A DNA stretch of 63,299 nt, filler included, from Folioceros fuciformis (GCA_049999805.1; 16 parts of 16 records of this genome joined end to end with filler, not necessarily neighbours in it); one strand, 5' to 3'. Numbered from the whole stretch's first letter, positions 1 through 10,880 are shown. Notes: generated by a model not told the origin, from the letters alone. Translations and numbers: made by a program.

Positions 1-1316
1 CTAACATTGCGTGCCAACGTCGCGTTGATGATGGCCTGCTTTCCCTCATCACCCCAGTTTGTAGTGAATACGTCGATTTTCTGTAAAGTGGTGTTGAATT
101 GGAGGGTCTGCATCAACTCTCTGAACAGCTCATCGTCGAGTCCCTTGCTAAACATAAAACGGAGCTCATTCAAAGACGTGTTTTTCGCTAAAGACTGCAC
201 CAACGCTTTCATGAAAGAGGGCCCCGTTATCCCCAACAAAGTCAGGATGCGTAACGTTTTGCATTCCAGAAACGACATCGAAAGTTCACTTAACGACTTG
301 TCATCCTCATAGTCGAACAACTTCAGTGTGGAGAGGGTCGAGTTGTGGCGCCAGGCGTCCAGGCCGAACTCGACAACAAAACCGCTGATCCTAAGCTCCG
401 TGATATAATCGTTGGTGCGCAACATTCCGGCCAGCGCGTCGGCCAGGCCTGGCTCCTCTCTGGTCCCGATACCCAACGTAAGCTTGGTGACCCAAGATAT
501 GGGGGCACCAGCCTCAGCATCAGCACGGGTGAAAGCCAGTTTCAACACAGTGCTCATGGGCCCCAGGCTGCCCTGTACGGAACCCCTAACTGCATCATAC
601 TCATCCGAAACTGCATCATACTCATCCGGGTATTCATCATTCAAGTGAACCTCCCGGAGCGAGGCACAGCGCGGAAGAGCGTTTGCAATGCGCTGGGCTC
701 CCGCCTCGTCCATGCCGATCCCATGCAGGTACAGGACATTGAGACGAGGAGCGGTGGCCAGCATGCGAGCCAGGTGCTGTGCCCCTTCACCATATCCCAC
801 ACTGTTGCCGCCTAGGTTCAAATACTTCAGGGCAGAATCCTGGTTGAAGCCATCGACCAGGGCACCAAGTCCAGCGGCATCAAGCCCAATCTTCGATGCC
901 TCCAGCCGTCGCAAGCTGCGACTAGAAGCAATAAGCTGGCCCAGGGCCTTGCAACCCGCCAGACTTCCAAAACCTTTGCACCAATCCAGATGAAGAGCTT
1001 CCAGGGAAGGGTTGGATGCCAGACCCTCCAACAGAACCGCGCATTCATCCTCCCCACCGATGCCGATTTCCCACCGTTCAGATATCTTCAGGCGGCCGAG
1101 GAGACTGCGGCACTGGCCAATAGCTGTCAATACCCGCTTGCGCACTCGCCAGTGCCTGCCATCCGTGCTCGTTGAAGCTCCCACACTGAAGAAATTGCCG
1201 TACTCCGCTCCGCCCAAGTCGGGGAGTTGGGTCAAGGCGTGCCCGTCCGGATCTTCCAGCAGCTGTTGCAGCTTTTCCGGCAACTCTCGCCAGTCATAGT
1301 CCTCCTGCTCCGCCAT
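1..1316 (-). CDS. TORNADO1-like (ROCO family) protein, N-terminal RI-type LRR region; runs off the window edge
   Basis: Hand translation from ATG 1316 (context AGCATGG) is stop-free for 438 codons: MAEQEDYDW...LASNPSLEALHLDWC...SALKYLNLGGNSVG...LAKNTSLNELRF...LQFNTTLQKIDVFTTNWGDEGKQAIINATLARN. The last segment resembles the TRN1 LRR cap preceding the Roc domain. Absent from the ORF track because no stop lies in the window. Confidence 0.8.
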   Translation of the reverse strand, partial: MAEQEDYDWRELPEKLQQLLEDPDGHALTQLPDLGGAEYGNFFSVGASTSTDGRHWRVRKRVLTAIGQCRSLLGRLKISERWEIGIGGEDECAVLLEGLASNPSLEALHLDWCKGFGSLAGCKALGQLIASSRSLRRLEASKIGLDAAGLGALVDGFNQDSALKYLNLGGNSVGYGEGAQHLARMLATAPRLNVLYLHGIGMDEAGAQRIANALPRCASLREVHLNDEYPDEYDAVSDEYDAVRGSVQGSLGPMSTVLKLAFTRADAEAGAPISWVTKLTLGIGTREEPGLADALAGMLRTNDYITELRISGFVVEFGLDAWRHNSTLSTLKLFDYEDDKSLSELSMSFLECKTLRILTLLGITGPSFMKALVQSLAKNTSLNELRFMFSKGLDDELFRELMQTLQFNTTLQKIDVFTTNWGDEGKQAIINATLARNV

Positions 1317-1408
1317 GCTGTGCTAAGCTGCGCTTCCCAATGCAAGCACATATGACGAATGGATTGTATGTATCATCCGTTTTGTAGCAGGGGCAGCAAC
1401 CTTACAGC

Positions 1409-1750
1409 ACACACTCGAGGATTGCGACACCAGACAAGGACAGGCTACGGGACAAGCAACTCACAAGCACACTAGCGCGGATGGTTGGGACACCAGACAA
1501 GGATAGGCCAGCAGCCAGCAACCTCCCAACAACACACTCGAGGAGGATTGTCAGACCACACAAAGATAGGCTGGGGGACGGTGACATAAATCTCACAGGA
1601 CACACACTTGAGGAAGATCCCCATTGGAACACCAGACACGGATGGGCTAGGGGACCGCAACCACACATCATACACACTTGAGGAAGATCCCGATTGGAAC
1701 ACCAGACACGGATAGGCTAGGGGACGACAACCTCACAGCCCACACACTGG
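1409..1750. repeat. Degenerate minisatellite, ~5 units of 60-72 bp
   Basis: Recurring ACACACT(C/T)GAGGA...ACACCAGACA(A/C)GGA(T/C)(A/G)GGCT near 1409, 1469, 1532, 1600, 1673. Confidence 0.75.
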
Positions 1751-3039
1751 GTAAGGAAAGGGACACCATACAAGGTCTCTTGAGTGTCCGAGACGAGAGG
1801 GTTGTGTGGTAGCCGGCAATAGAGCTGCCAGGTCTCACTCACTCTCCCTCCACTCATCAACACGTGAGCGTGCCTGTGCTTGGCTTTTCCCCTTCCCCAC
1901 GCTCTCTCTCTGCGTCTGTGACCAGTAGATATTCCTCCTCCATACATACTTGTGCGCGAGGAGTATTTTATCAAAGCACACCTACCTAGGTGTTGTGGAC
2001 TCACTGGGCCGCCCAGCATCGTGGTCACGACACAACACGGCACCACACCAAACCAAAGGCAAAACTTTTCTCAGCTGCTGCTTCCAACCCTCCTTCCAAT
2101 TCTGTCGCCCCTACCCCCTACTTGTTACAACACCACATGCACCAAAGATGCCTTNNNNNNNNNNNNNNNNNNNNNNNNNNNNNNNNNNNNNNNNNNNNNN
2201 NNNNNNNNNNNNNNNNNNNNNNNNNNNNNNNNNNNNNNNNNNNNNNNNNNNNNNCCTACTTGTTACAACACCACATGCACCAAAGATGCCTTTCTTTACA
2301 TGGAAGGCAGGTACAGTACAGCAGGTTTGTGGGCGCTAGGACCTTAGCTCAGCTTAGCTTAGCTCAGCAAGGTTCCTAGCCCAGTCCTCGTCACGACCCT
2401 TCCTTTGGACTCATCGGGGGGAACGCGGTTTGTCCGGATCAAGCGAGCAAGGGGCAAATTTCGTGAAATCATTTTGAATGAAAATTTGTATAAATAATAT
2501 ATATAGTTTTTATGTCGGTATTTGAGATTAAGAATGAGACAAAATATGTAATTACAGTTCGTAGTCTTAAAATGTGTATCTTAAGTTCAAAATGCAGTTA
2601 ATGCGTTACGAGGTTGCGGTGTTGGTTTGACTCAAAACCCGACAAGGGTACAAGAATAAATAGGTCAGCAAAGCAAAGTGGCCTTGTTAAGCATATGGTG
2701 AGAACCTGTGCTTGGGAACCTTACTCTAAGAGCTCGCGTCTTGTCTGCTTTGTTGCCGATGGACGCAAAGTGTTGCCCCGCCTCCTTGGTGCCCTGGGCA
2801 GTGTTGCCCAAGTCTTGTTCTCGACATGACATGTTCAAGACATGACATTAGGAATGAGACAAAATATGTATTTAAAGTTCGTGTAGGCGCCGGGGTTTGT
2901 GGATTTGGCAAACCGAACAGGGAACAGATGGTGAAGAAGGGCGTGTCCTGCTGCCATGCTCCCGGCTAATTGTTTCTCATCTCCGTGATCCTTCTCTTAT
3001 GGCGACAGGAAGGGAGGCACACATGGCGCACGTCTGAGA

Positions 3040-3154
3040 CCGAAAACTGAGACTTGGGTTCACAGGAGTGTGTCTGCACCAGAACTTCCAGAGCCTCAGC
3101 AGCCTCAGTGAGCAGGCCCTCATGACATAGCTTTCTCACAGTTTCAGCCATCAC
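3040..3154 (-). pseudogene. Possible PPR N-terminal remnant
   Basis: ETVRKLCHEGLLTEAAEALEVL resembles the lead helix of PLS-PPR proteins; no continuation seen. Confidence 0.3.
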
Positions 3155-3964
3155 AATCCTGCAGGCCTGAGATTGTCCCGACCGTCGGGCAAGCTAGATT
3201 TCGGCTTCGCGAACTCACGACCCATATCCACATCCCAAGCAGCAAGCTTCGACTTCACTCAGGCTGGCTTGTAGAGGTGGTGCAGCCAGAGCCCCTCATG
3301 GGATTCTCTGTGCCGGAAGTCAGGCAAACGCTTACTTTTCTTAGCATGCCTGTTATCCCACCACAGTGTTGGGTCCCGAAAGAATTGTCCCCACAAAAAA
3401 GCATGCTTCCCACTGTCCCCAATTTGTCACGCCTACCCACTTTCCGCACATGCGCACACGCCTCAAATTGCGCACTTCATGCTGCGTTGCTGATGATAAA
3501 CCGGATCACCCGGGTGTGGCGAAATGGCCAAATTGGCATTCCTGCGAATGAACAAGCAACCGATCAGATTCGACAGAAAATGTTGCCTCCAAGGATCACA
3601 ATGAAGATCCATCATAGAATACCTGGAGGGTGCTCAAGCGCAATACACACATGAGGCAACCCTGCAAGGGTTTAGGGTTGGGCCAGGAATTGCGTCATAC
3701 ATTTTGCAGGCTGAAACCTGGCCTTGGATGGAACACGATCACCGACTTCTCCGTTTTCAGCTTTATCTGCACCTGCTTCTTACAACGAAAACTAAGGATG
3801 CCGGAAGATCCCACCTCGCCTCCTGGCCCTCAAAGGCGACGTCTCATGATCATGTGCTTGCAGCCCTTCATGGAGGACTCGAATGGAACTATGCAGGGGA
3901 TAGAGAGCGCCATTTGAGGAAATACAGCAGAGAACGCGAACGTCGTTAACCAGACATGGCTACA

Positions 3965-5989
3965 CTAATGGAGAGCCACTCTACTGGCCAGGCTCGAATT
4001 TGGGGATGCTTTCAAACCCAACCAGAAAACTATGCACCAGCCCATCCAGGTCCGTCCACCAGCTCTGGCCGGTTGCTTCCAGGCCCTGACACCTATTCTC
4101 CTTGCCTGCATATCCTGCGCCTGCCCCCACATGTCGTTACCGGTGAATATGCTCGACATGAGCACATACGCTGCATCATCCTTCCATGTCCAGCTTCAGT
4201 ACTTGGTCCAAGGCATGACGTCCCACCTCCAGGTCCCGCTACATTTGACAAGCACCTAGTAGAGAGTGCGAAACTGCAGCATCGGGGAGAACAGGCATTG
4301 TCTTTACCAAAGCTAGCCTCGTCCAGTAGGCCTGCACGGCCCAGGAGATCCACCATGCATGTGTAGTGCTCCACAGTTGGGTCGACGCCATAGTCACAGC
4401 TCATGCCGTCAAAGTATTCGCGACCCTTGCTCACCAGACCCGTATGACTGCATACCGTGAGTAGACTATGAAAGGTGATACCATCTGGTTGTATGCCATC
4501 GCCTCTCATTCTGTCGACCAAATCGAAGACCACTGCACTGTCCCCCTGCCTGCTGTATCCTGCAATCAGCGCATTCCAAGTGATAACATCTCTTTCAGGC
4601 ATCGCATCAAAGACGTTGTCTGCCTCAGCCATGCTCCCCGACTAGGCCCCTAGCCCATTCATTGTCATCCCGTCCTTTGGACGTTTTGCCTCTGAATGGG
4701 ACTGTCCCTCCGGGTTGCTTCAAATCCCACATTGTATATACATAACTCGAAAATATATATGATGCCTGCCAAAGGGCGGCAGACTACATATAGTCAGACA
4801 GCATATTGGAATGAGAAATAGTCTATATGTTGTTCTAAACGGTCAATCAGGGTGTTGCCCACAGACACATCTGTGTCAAGGCCAGTCTCCACGGTACGTG
4901 CATCAAGCTGTCGACCCTGCTTCAGAGCAGCTATGGTGGAACAAGCTTTGAGGATGCTCAGCATCGTCACCTTGTCGGGACGCATTTCCCTCTGATTGCA
5001 TCTGCTGCAAAAGCCGGAATGCTTCATTACCATCTCCATGTTGTGCATATCCTGCAGGCATGGCAGTCCATACCACCCTGTCACGTTTTGGCATTCTATC
5101 AAACACCCTGCGTGCATCACACAAGCTCCAGCACTTGACATACATATCAATGACTGCACTTCCGATATACAAGTCAAAGTCGTAGCTGATTTCCACGATG
5201 CGAGCACGTATTACCCTGCCTTCGTCAAGTGCTGCCACACTAGAGCATGCTTTCAGAATGTTGGCAAGGGTAACCTTGTCTGGCTGTCTTCCGTCTTCCA
5301 GCACCTTCCAAAAGAGCTGAGGCCCCCTTGCCAGTCCCCGTGGTCAGAATATCCGGCAATCATTGAAGTCCATGAGATCAGATCTTTAGTGGACAAGGAA
5401 TCAACACCCTGGCGAGCGTGATCCAGTCGCCCACACTTGGCGTACATGTTTACAAGGTTGTTGCCGACAAATATATTGGACCCGCACCCGGGTGCTCTTC
5501 CATCCCATGGGCATGCACCATTCTTCCCACTCCCAGAGCCGCAGAGCTTGGACATGCCTTGAGCACGGCCACAAACAAAACATCGTCTGGGTGCAATCCA
5601 CTCTGTTTCATCGATTGGTACAGCTGCAATGCTTCATCTGCTCGCCCATGTTGGACATGCGCAGATAAAATTGACGCCAAAACAAACATATTCGGAGCAT
5701 GCACTCTGCTGAACACGTCCTTAGCTTCCGCCAAACTCCCGCAAGCAGCATACATCCGGATGAGGTGGTTTCCAAGAAACGCGTTGGACTGACATCCACT
5801 TCTGATAATAACGGAGTGAACTCGTCTGCCCACATCCAAATCTTCCTTTTCAATGCACCTTTGCAGGAGACTGTACACGATGTTTGTCGAAAGACGAATG
5901 CCTTGCTGTTGCAAAGCTTCCACAGCCTGCAATTCATGTTCGAGCTGTAGCTCATCCTGGTCCCTTGTGTGCAACTCCGCAACTGTCAT
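3965..5989 (-). pseudogene. PLS-class PPR (E subgroup) pseudogene
   Basis: FLGNHLIRMYAACGSLAEA, NLVNMYAKCGRLDHA, DVITWNALIAGY, HYTCMVDLLGRAGLLDEA and an E-domain-like LMSSIF..DMW..KQP are spread over several frames; ~200-bp insertion at ~4641-4842; no DYW domain seen. Confidence 0.9.
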
Positions 5990-6829
5990 CCCGTCCCAAT
6001 CTGCAACATTGCATGCAGAAGGTGGGGCCCTGGTCAGTATATGAGCACACAGGAAGATGCACATCCAGGAAGGTAAGGAAGAGGAGTTACTTGCCTCAAA
6101 CCAATTTGCTCCTTGGGCAACTCCTGATCCTGCCCTTTGCTGACCACTAACTGCTTTTCTGCCATTCCATAGCCACCCCTTTGCTCTGTGTTGGAAATGG
6201 CTGAAGAGTTCTGATACTGCCTGTCAGTGACGTATCCGCAGGGTCAATTCTTCAAATACAGCTACGATTGCACGTTAAAGTAGGACGAGGCAGATGGCCA
6301 GCTTGCACAGTTTTGCATAACCAAGGACCAGGGAAGGACGTATTGCCATACAGCTGCCGCAGACATTGCCTGCCTAGACTTGAGTCTGGCAGGTTTCGGA
6401 TCTGTTTCGCTGCAGCTCATGGTTGCTCTGATGGCACCCCACGTCTGGGTGGCAGGGATCGTTCAAAGAGCCTTCTTGGCTGCAAGTTTTAGGGCCCATC
6501 GAGAAGGCATTCGGTGAAAGCAAGCCCGGAGAACGGATGCATGCCGCAGACCATATGAAGCAGAACAGATGAGAATGCCTAGTGCTCCTCACGAGAAAAT
6601 CACCCTGCTGTCTCTGAAGGGTCGACAGTCAACCCCAACACGTCTGTCCACCCCGCAAGTATGGGTAGTGCATTCTGCCGTGGTAATATGTCCGATTCGT
6701 TTTTAGAATCTACCTCTATTCAACCGATGGTTTGGGCTGTGCATGATATCGCATCCATCCTTTGACGTTATCCCTGCCCTACCTGTGCCTACACTCGGTG
6801 GGACATGCAGGTGGGTCTTCCACCATTAA

Positions 6830-7064
6830 GGCGATGGCGATGGCGATGGCGATGGCGATGGCGATGGCGATGGCTATGGCTATGGCTATGGCTATGGCTA
6901 TGGCTATGGCTATGGCTATGGCTATGGCTATGGCTATGGCTATGGCTATGNNNNNNNNNNCTATGGCTATGGCTATGGCTATGGCTATGGCTATGGCTAT
7001 GGCTATGACTATGACTATGACTATGATTATGACTATGACTATGACCACGACTATGACTATGACT
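6830..7064. repeat. Hexanucleotide microsatellite (GGCGAT)n-(GGCTAT)n-(GACTAT)n
   Basis: Directly visible; 10-N gap at 6951-6960. Confidence 0.98.
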
Positions 7065-7089
7065 GACTTTGGATAAGATGGTTCCTTCC

Positions 7090-7418
7090 CCGAGGTTCTT
7101 CACACACTCAGTCCTGATGATCCCTTCTACTAGTTCAAGTCCAGGATTCCCTTAGGAGAAGCACAAAATGTTCTCAGTTTCGCAACAATACTCCGCTCGA
7201 GAAATTCGATCGTTTGTCTGTGCTCTTGAGTGACGTCATCAAAATGTGAAAACGATCACCAATGTCCCCGGTCTCCTCCTCAATATCCCCACTGCTCTCC
7301 AGCAATACGTCCATACCACAGTAGTTACATTTGATCAAGTTCCGTGCAATGCGATAGTAATGACACTAAGGAGACTAGTATGAGCAAATTGAATCAGGCA
7401 AGCGAGGAAACATCTGGG
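7090..7418 (-). pseudogene. TORNADO1-like COR-domain fragment, frameshifted
   Basis: Joined frames give MFPRL...YRIARNLIKCNYCGMDVLLES...FHILMTS / QTIEFLERSIVAKLRTFCASPKGI / LELVEGIIRTECVKNL, matching recalled TRN1 COR motifs (FPRLQ...IIRPQCV). Confidence 0.65.
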
Positions 7419-7518
7419 NNNNNNNNNNNNNNNNNNNNNNNNNNNNNNNNNNNNNNNNNNNNTTAATTAATTAANNNNNNNNNNNNNNNNNNNNNNNNNN
7501 NNNNNNNNNNNNNNNNNN
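7419..7518. other. Artificial contig linker (N44-TTAATTAATTAA-N44), first of 15
   Basis: Same 100-nt six-frame-stop spacer also starts at 14685, 16032, 17837, 23963, 29513, 31819, 33017, 45760, 50065, 51711, 52869, 54849, 55961 and 61701. Confidence 0.98.
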
Positions 7519-9094
7519 AATGCCCTTTGACATTCTTCATCCCACTTCCATGTCTTCACCTTCTTCAAGAGATCAGTTAATGGGGCAGCAATTTTGGCAA
7601 ACATTGGTACAAATCTTCTGTACACGCTAGCCAATCCTAAAAACATACGCACTTCATGCACATTGCTTGGCGGTAGCCAACTCTGTATGGCTTTTACCTT
7701 ACCAGGATCCATCCTGATTCCATCAGCAGAGACAATGAATCCAAGGAAGTCTATTTCTTCCTTAACAAAGTCACACTTTGTTATAGCTAAGAACAAAGAA
7801 TTTGCCCTTAACCTTTCCAACACTTTCCTCAAGTGTTGGACATGCTCCTCTAAGGTNNNNNNNNNNNNNNNNNNNNNNNNNNNNNNNNNNNNNNNNNNNN
7901 NNNNNNNNNNNNNNNNNNNNNNNNNNNNNNNNNNNNNNNNNNNNNNNNNNNNNNNNATATACTATTCATGAGAGTCTGAAATGTGGCTGGTGCATTAGTG
8001 AGTCCAAATGGCATGACTAGAAATTCAAAAGATCCATACCTTGTCCTACAAGCAGTTTTGTATTCATGTCCTTCTGCGATGCGAATCTGGTAATAACCAG
8101 CCATCAAATCCAGTCTGGTAAAATACTTAGCACCTTTCAACCTGTCAAACATATCATCCATCCTTGGCAAAGGATAGGAATTTTTGACTGTTATCTGGTT
8201 GAGTGCTCTGTAATCCAAGCATAACCTTAATCCTCCATTCTTCTTTCGCGTAAACAATACTGGCGCACCAAATGGGGATTTTGAGACTCTAACATAGCCC
8301 TTGGCTAACAAGTTAGACATTTGTCTCTTCAATTCTTGAAGCTCATCTAGTGACAATCTATATGGCGCTCTTGATGGCGGTACACTTCCTGGCTTTAGAT
8401 CAATTTCATGATCTACAACTCTCCGTTGAGGTAAAGGAGGTAACTCAGTAGGCATCAAGTCTTTAAACTCATCTAAGACATCCTGTATCTCCTTTGGAAT
8501 CTTTGGTTGCTTCTGAGATCCCATCTCAAGACCATCTTCTAGTCCTTGCAACACCAACAAATAGAGTTCCTCTCCATTTTTGACACAACGCTTGAGCTCT
8601 TTCTTAGAGATGACTTCATCAATCTTGTGCCCAAGCTGATGCTCAAGGACTGCACAACTCACTTTGTGCTTTTCATCTCCTACGATCTGTATGGTGCGTG
8701 AGTCCACGTCTACACATACCTTATTGGCCTTCATCCATTCTAAGCCCAAGATGATTTCATGATCATCCATATCTACAACTGTGAAGCTTGCTTGTCCTGT
8801 CCAATTGCCTATCTGCAAAGGAACTTTTTCTAGCTGTCCTAAGAACTGCAGCTTTCCTTTTGCTTGTTTCACTGTACATGGCTCTGAAATACTAGCCCAT
8901 GTCAAACCAAGCTTACTTGCTCTGCCAGGAGAAATGAAATTATGTGTTGCTGCTAGATCAAGCAACATCTTCGCTTCTTCACGATTCACACATCCTTCTA
9001 TATACATAAGCTCTCCACCTGCCCTATGAATAATGCTGTCCTCAGCATCTTGAGAGTCACCACATGTAGCCTGTGCAACATGTGGCCAATCCCG
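7519..9094 (-). CDS. pol: Chromovirus pol (PR-RT), partial copy, in frame with gag
   Basis: [41 protein letters not shown]; the RT YxDD motif falls in the N gap. Confidence 0.9.
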
Positions 9095-10178
9095 TCATTT
9101 GGGATTTTCAGATCCGGATACTTCTGTAATCCTGAGTCTTTGGGGCTGTGGGTTGTCTTGAACAACATTCAAAGATTGTTGAGTATTGGGGCATTCATTC
9201 GCGTAATGTCCCGGCTCTCCACAAGCAAAACAAACTCCTTTCCGAGAACCCATTGTCACTGTTCTCTGAGGTCCGCGCCCCCTGCGCACTCCTTGATTTC
9301 TCCCACGGAAGCTCGCACTGGAGTTGCCTCTTGCAACTGTACTCCTTTCATTATCCTTGGGAGTCCCTCTTGCAACATTATTGGAAGAAACCCTAGTTTG
9401 CATATACCGTCCACGGGTATTACCTCGAAATCTTCTTAAGGAGTTGGATGTGTTGGAATGAAAGGTATCTGGGATAGCATCTGCTGCTGTTATGGCCTCT
9501 GCCAAGGTCATTGGACTATACAACTCAATTCTGTTAGCAGCCCAGTCCTGTCTGCTTTATATTATCAAGCAGCTGCCGGCTCAAGCGTAAAGCATTCGCA
9601 GGTTGGAACTGCTTCTTCAAGGCCTCTTTGAAAGATGCCCAGTCTGTGATGGTGTGTGCTCGATTTCCCTGGGCTACATTAGCACAATAACTTCGCCACC
9701 ACACCAAAGCATACCCTTTGAGAAAGTTGCCCACAGTTCCTAAGTAATGCTTAGGCTCCAGGCCAGATGAAGCAAGATAGCTTTCAATAGAGTAAATCCA
9801 GGAATCAATAGCTTGTAGATCCCTTACTCCCTCATACTTATCTGGCACGGTCAACTTCAGATTTGCCCTCGGAACTGCTTCGAAGATATGAAAAGGATCT
9901 TGATTGTCTTCCGCTTCCTCATTTTGTAGAGCTATAGGCTGTGGATCCTTCCTTGCCTTTTTCCCAGATGCTGTCAAATCTTGGAGAACTTCCGGCAATA
10001 TTTCGGGGAGAATTTGTCGTAAAGCGACCATCATCTGCGTCTTCCAATCTTCAGATTTGTCTCCGGATGGTCCTGCTGAGTCGGTAAGCGGCATCTCCTT
10101 GCCTTGATTTTCCTCGAGTTGTTGAGGCGGGGGATTAGGGGAAACCTCTCGTATTTGCATCCTCTGGCGCTTAGCCAT
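9095..10178 (-). CDS. gag: Chromovirus gag, frameshifted at ~9545, with CCHC knuckle
   Basis: Retrotransposon gag motifs PDKYEG, ALVWWR, WASFKEALKKQF; knuckle CFACGEPGHYANEC; ends ENPK-TGA. Confidence 0.88.
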
Positions 10179-10197
10179 CTTGGAGGAATAGACTATG

Positions 10198-10208
10198 CTC
10201 TGATACCA
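10198..10208 (-). promoter_or_regulatory. Primer-binding site (tRNA-iMet)
   Basis: Minus strand reads TGGTATCAGAG(C), ~20 nt upstream of the gag ATG. Confidence 0.9.
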
Positions 10209-10212
10209 ACTA

Positions 10213-10850
10213 AGTAACGCCCCCCTTCCTTACGCAGCGTAAAAGGAAGCAACGGCCTCGAATCTCGTCTAAACACTCCGCAGCGCTCCACTTGCAATTC
10301 ACTCACTCCCTCTCACACGACTCAGCACTAGGCTCCAAGTAGCCCGCCGTCCACTGACGACTCGCAGACCACCTCCTCTAGGTGCTGCTCTTTATTCCAG
10401 TTACTTACAAAAGAGTCTGGCGATCTACGCCCCACTGGCTACTGCCCTCGACTCTATCTAACAAGCTTGCTCTTCAAGCCCTCCACAGCTATGCCTCCAG
10501 GCTAGACTTCTCACTATCTGCCTCTTTGTGTATCAGTGTATCACCGTATCCTTAAGACCCTAACACTGGCCTATTTATACTCCACAGCTAAGCCACTGCT
10601 AAAACTGGGAATGATACACACCACTCATCCTAGAATACTAGTGGTCATTACAACTCCATCCTTCTTAGGAGGTTTTGCCTGGAACACACAATTTGTTTCC
10701 AAAGGCAGCAAGAAGGAGGTTTTGCCTGGAACACACAATTTGTTTCCAAAGGCAGCAAGAAGCATACTTGCTTCTTCATCAAGACAGCTCTAGATTTAGC
10801 TTTCACCTTTCTACTTTTAACTTTCACCTTATTTCACTTATGCCATTACT
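10213..10850 (-). repeat. Chromovirus LTR (~638 bp)
   Basis: Bounded by polypurine tract TGGGGAAGAG (10851-10860) and the PBS; TATAAATA at 10572-10579; AATAAA at 10391-10396; internal 47-bp tandem duplication at 10668-10762. Confidence 0.85.
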
Positions 10851-10880
10851 CTCTTCCCCACTAGGAAGATGTCATTGTCC

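Noticed and set aside
7-1299. Plus-strand ORFs at the left end
   Set aside because: Antisense shadows of the TRN1-like ORF.
2116-2293. Direct repeat flanking an N100 gap (also 35708-35867)
   Set aside because: Identical sequence on both sides of a gap indicates an unmerged contig overlap.
4641-4842. Insertion in the PPR pseudogene as a Helitron or MITE
   Set aside because: A CTAG is near one end, but no convincing subterminal hairpin, TIR or TSD.
6762-7103. MAMAMA / HSHSHS / IAIAIA / WLWLWL ORFs
   Set aside because: Translations of a microsatellite.
7463-7474. Recurring TTAATTAATTAA as a biological or CRISPR-like repeat
   Set aside because: Always embedded in exactly 44+44 Ns; synthetic spacer.
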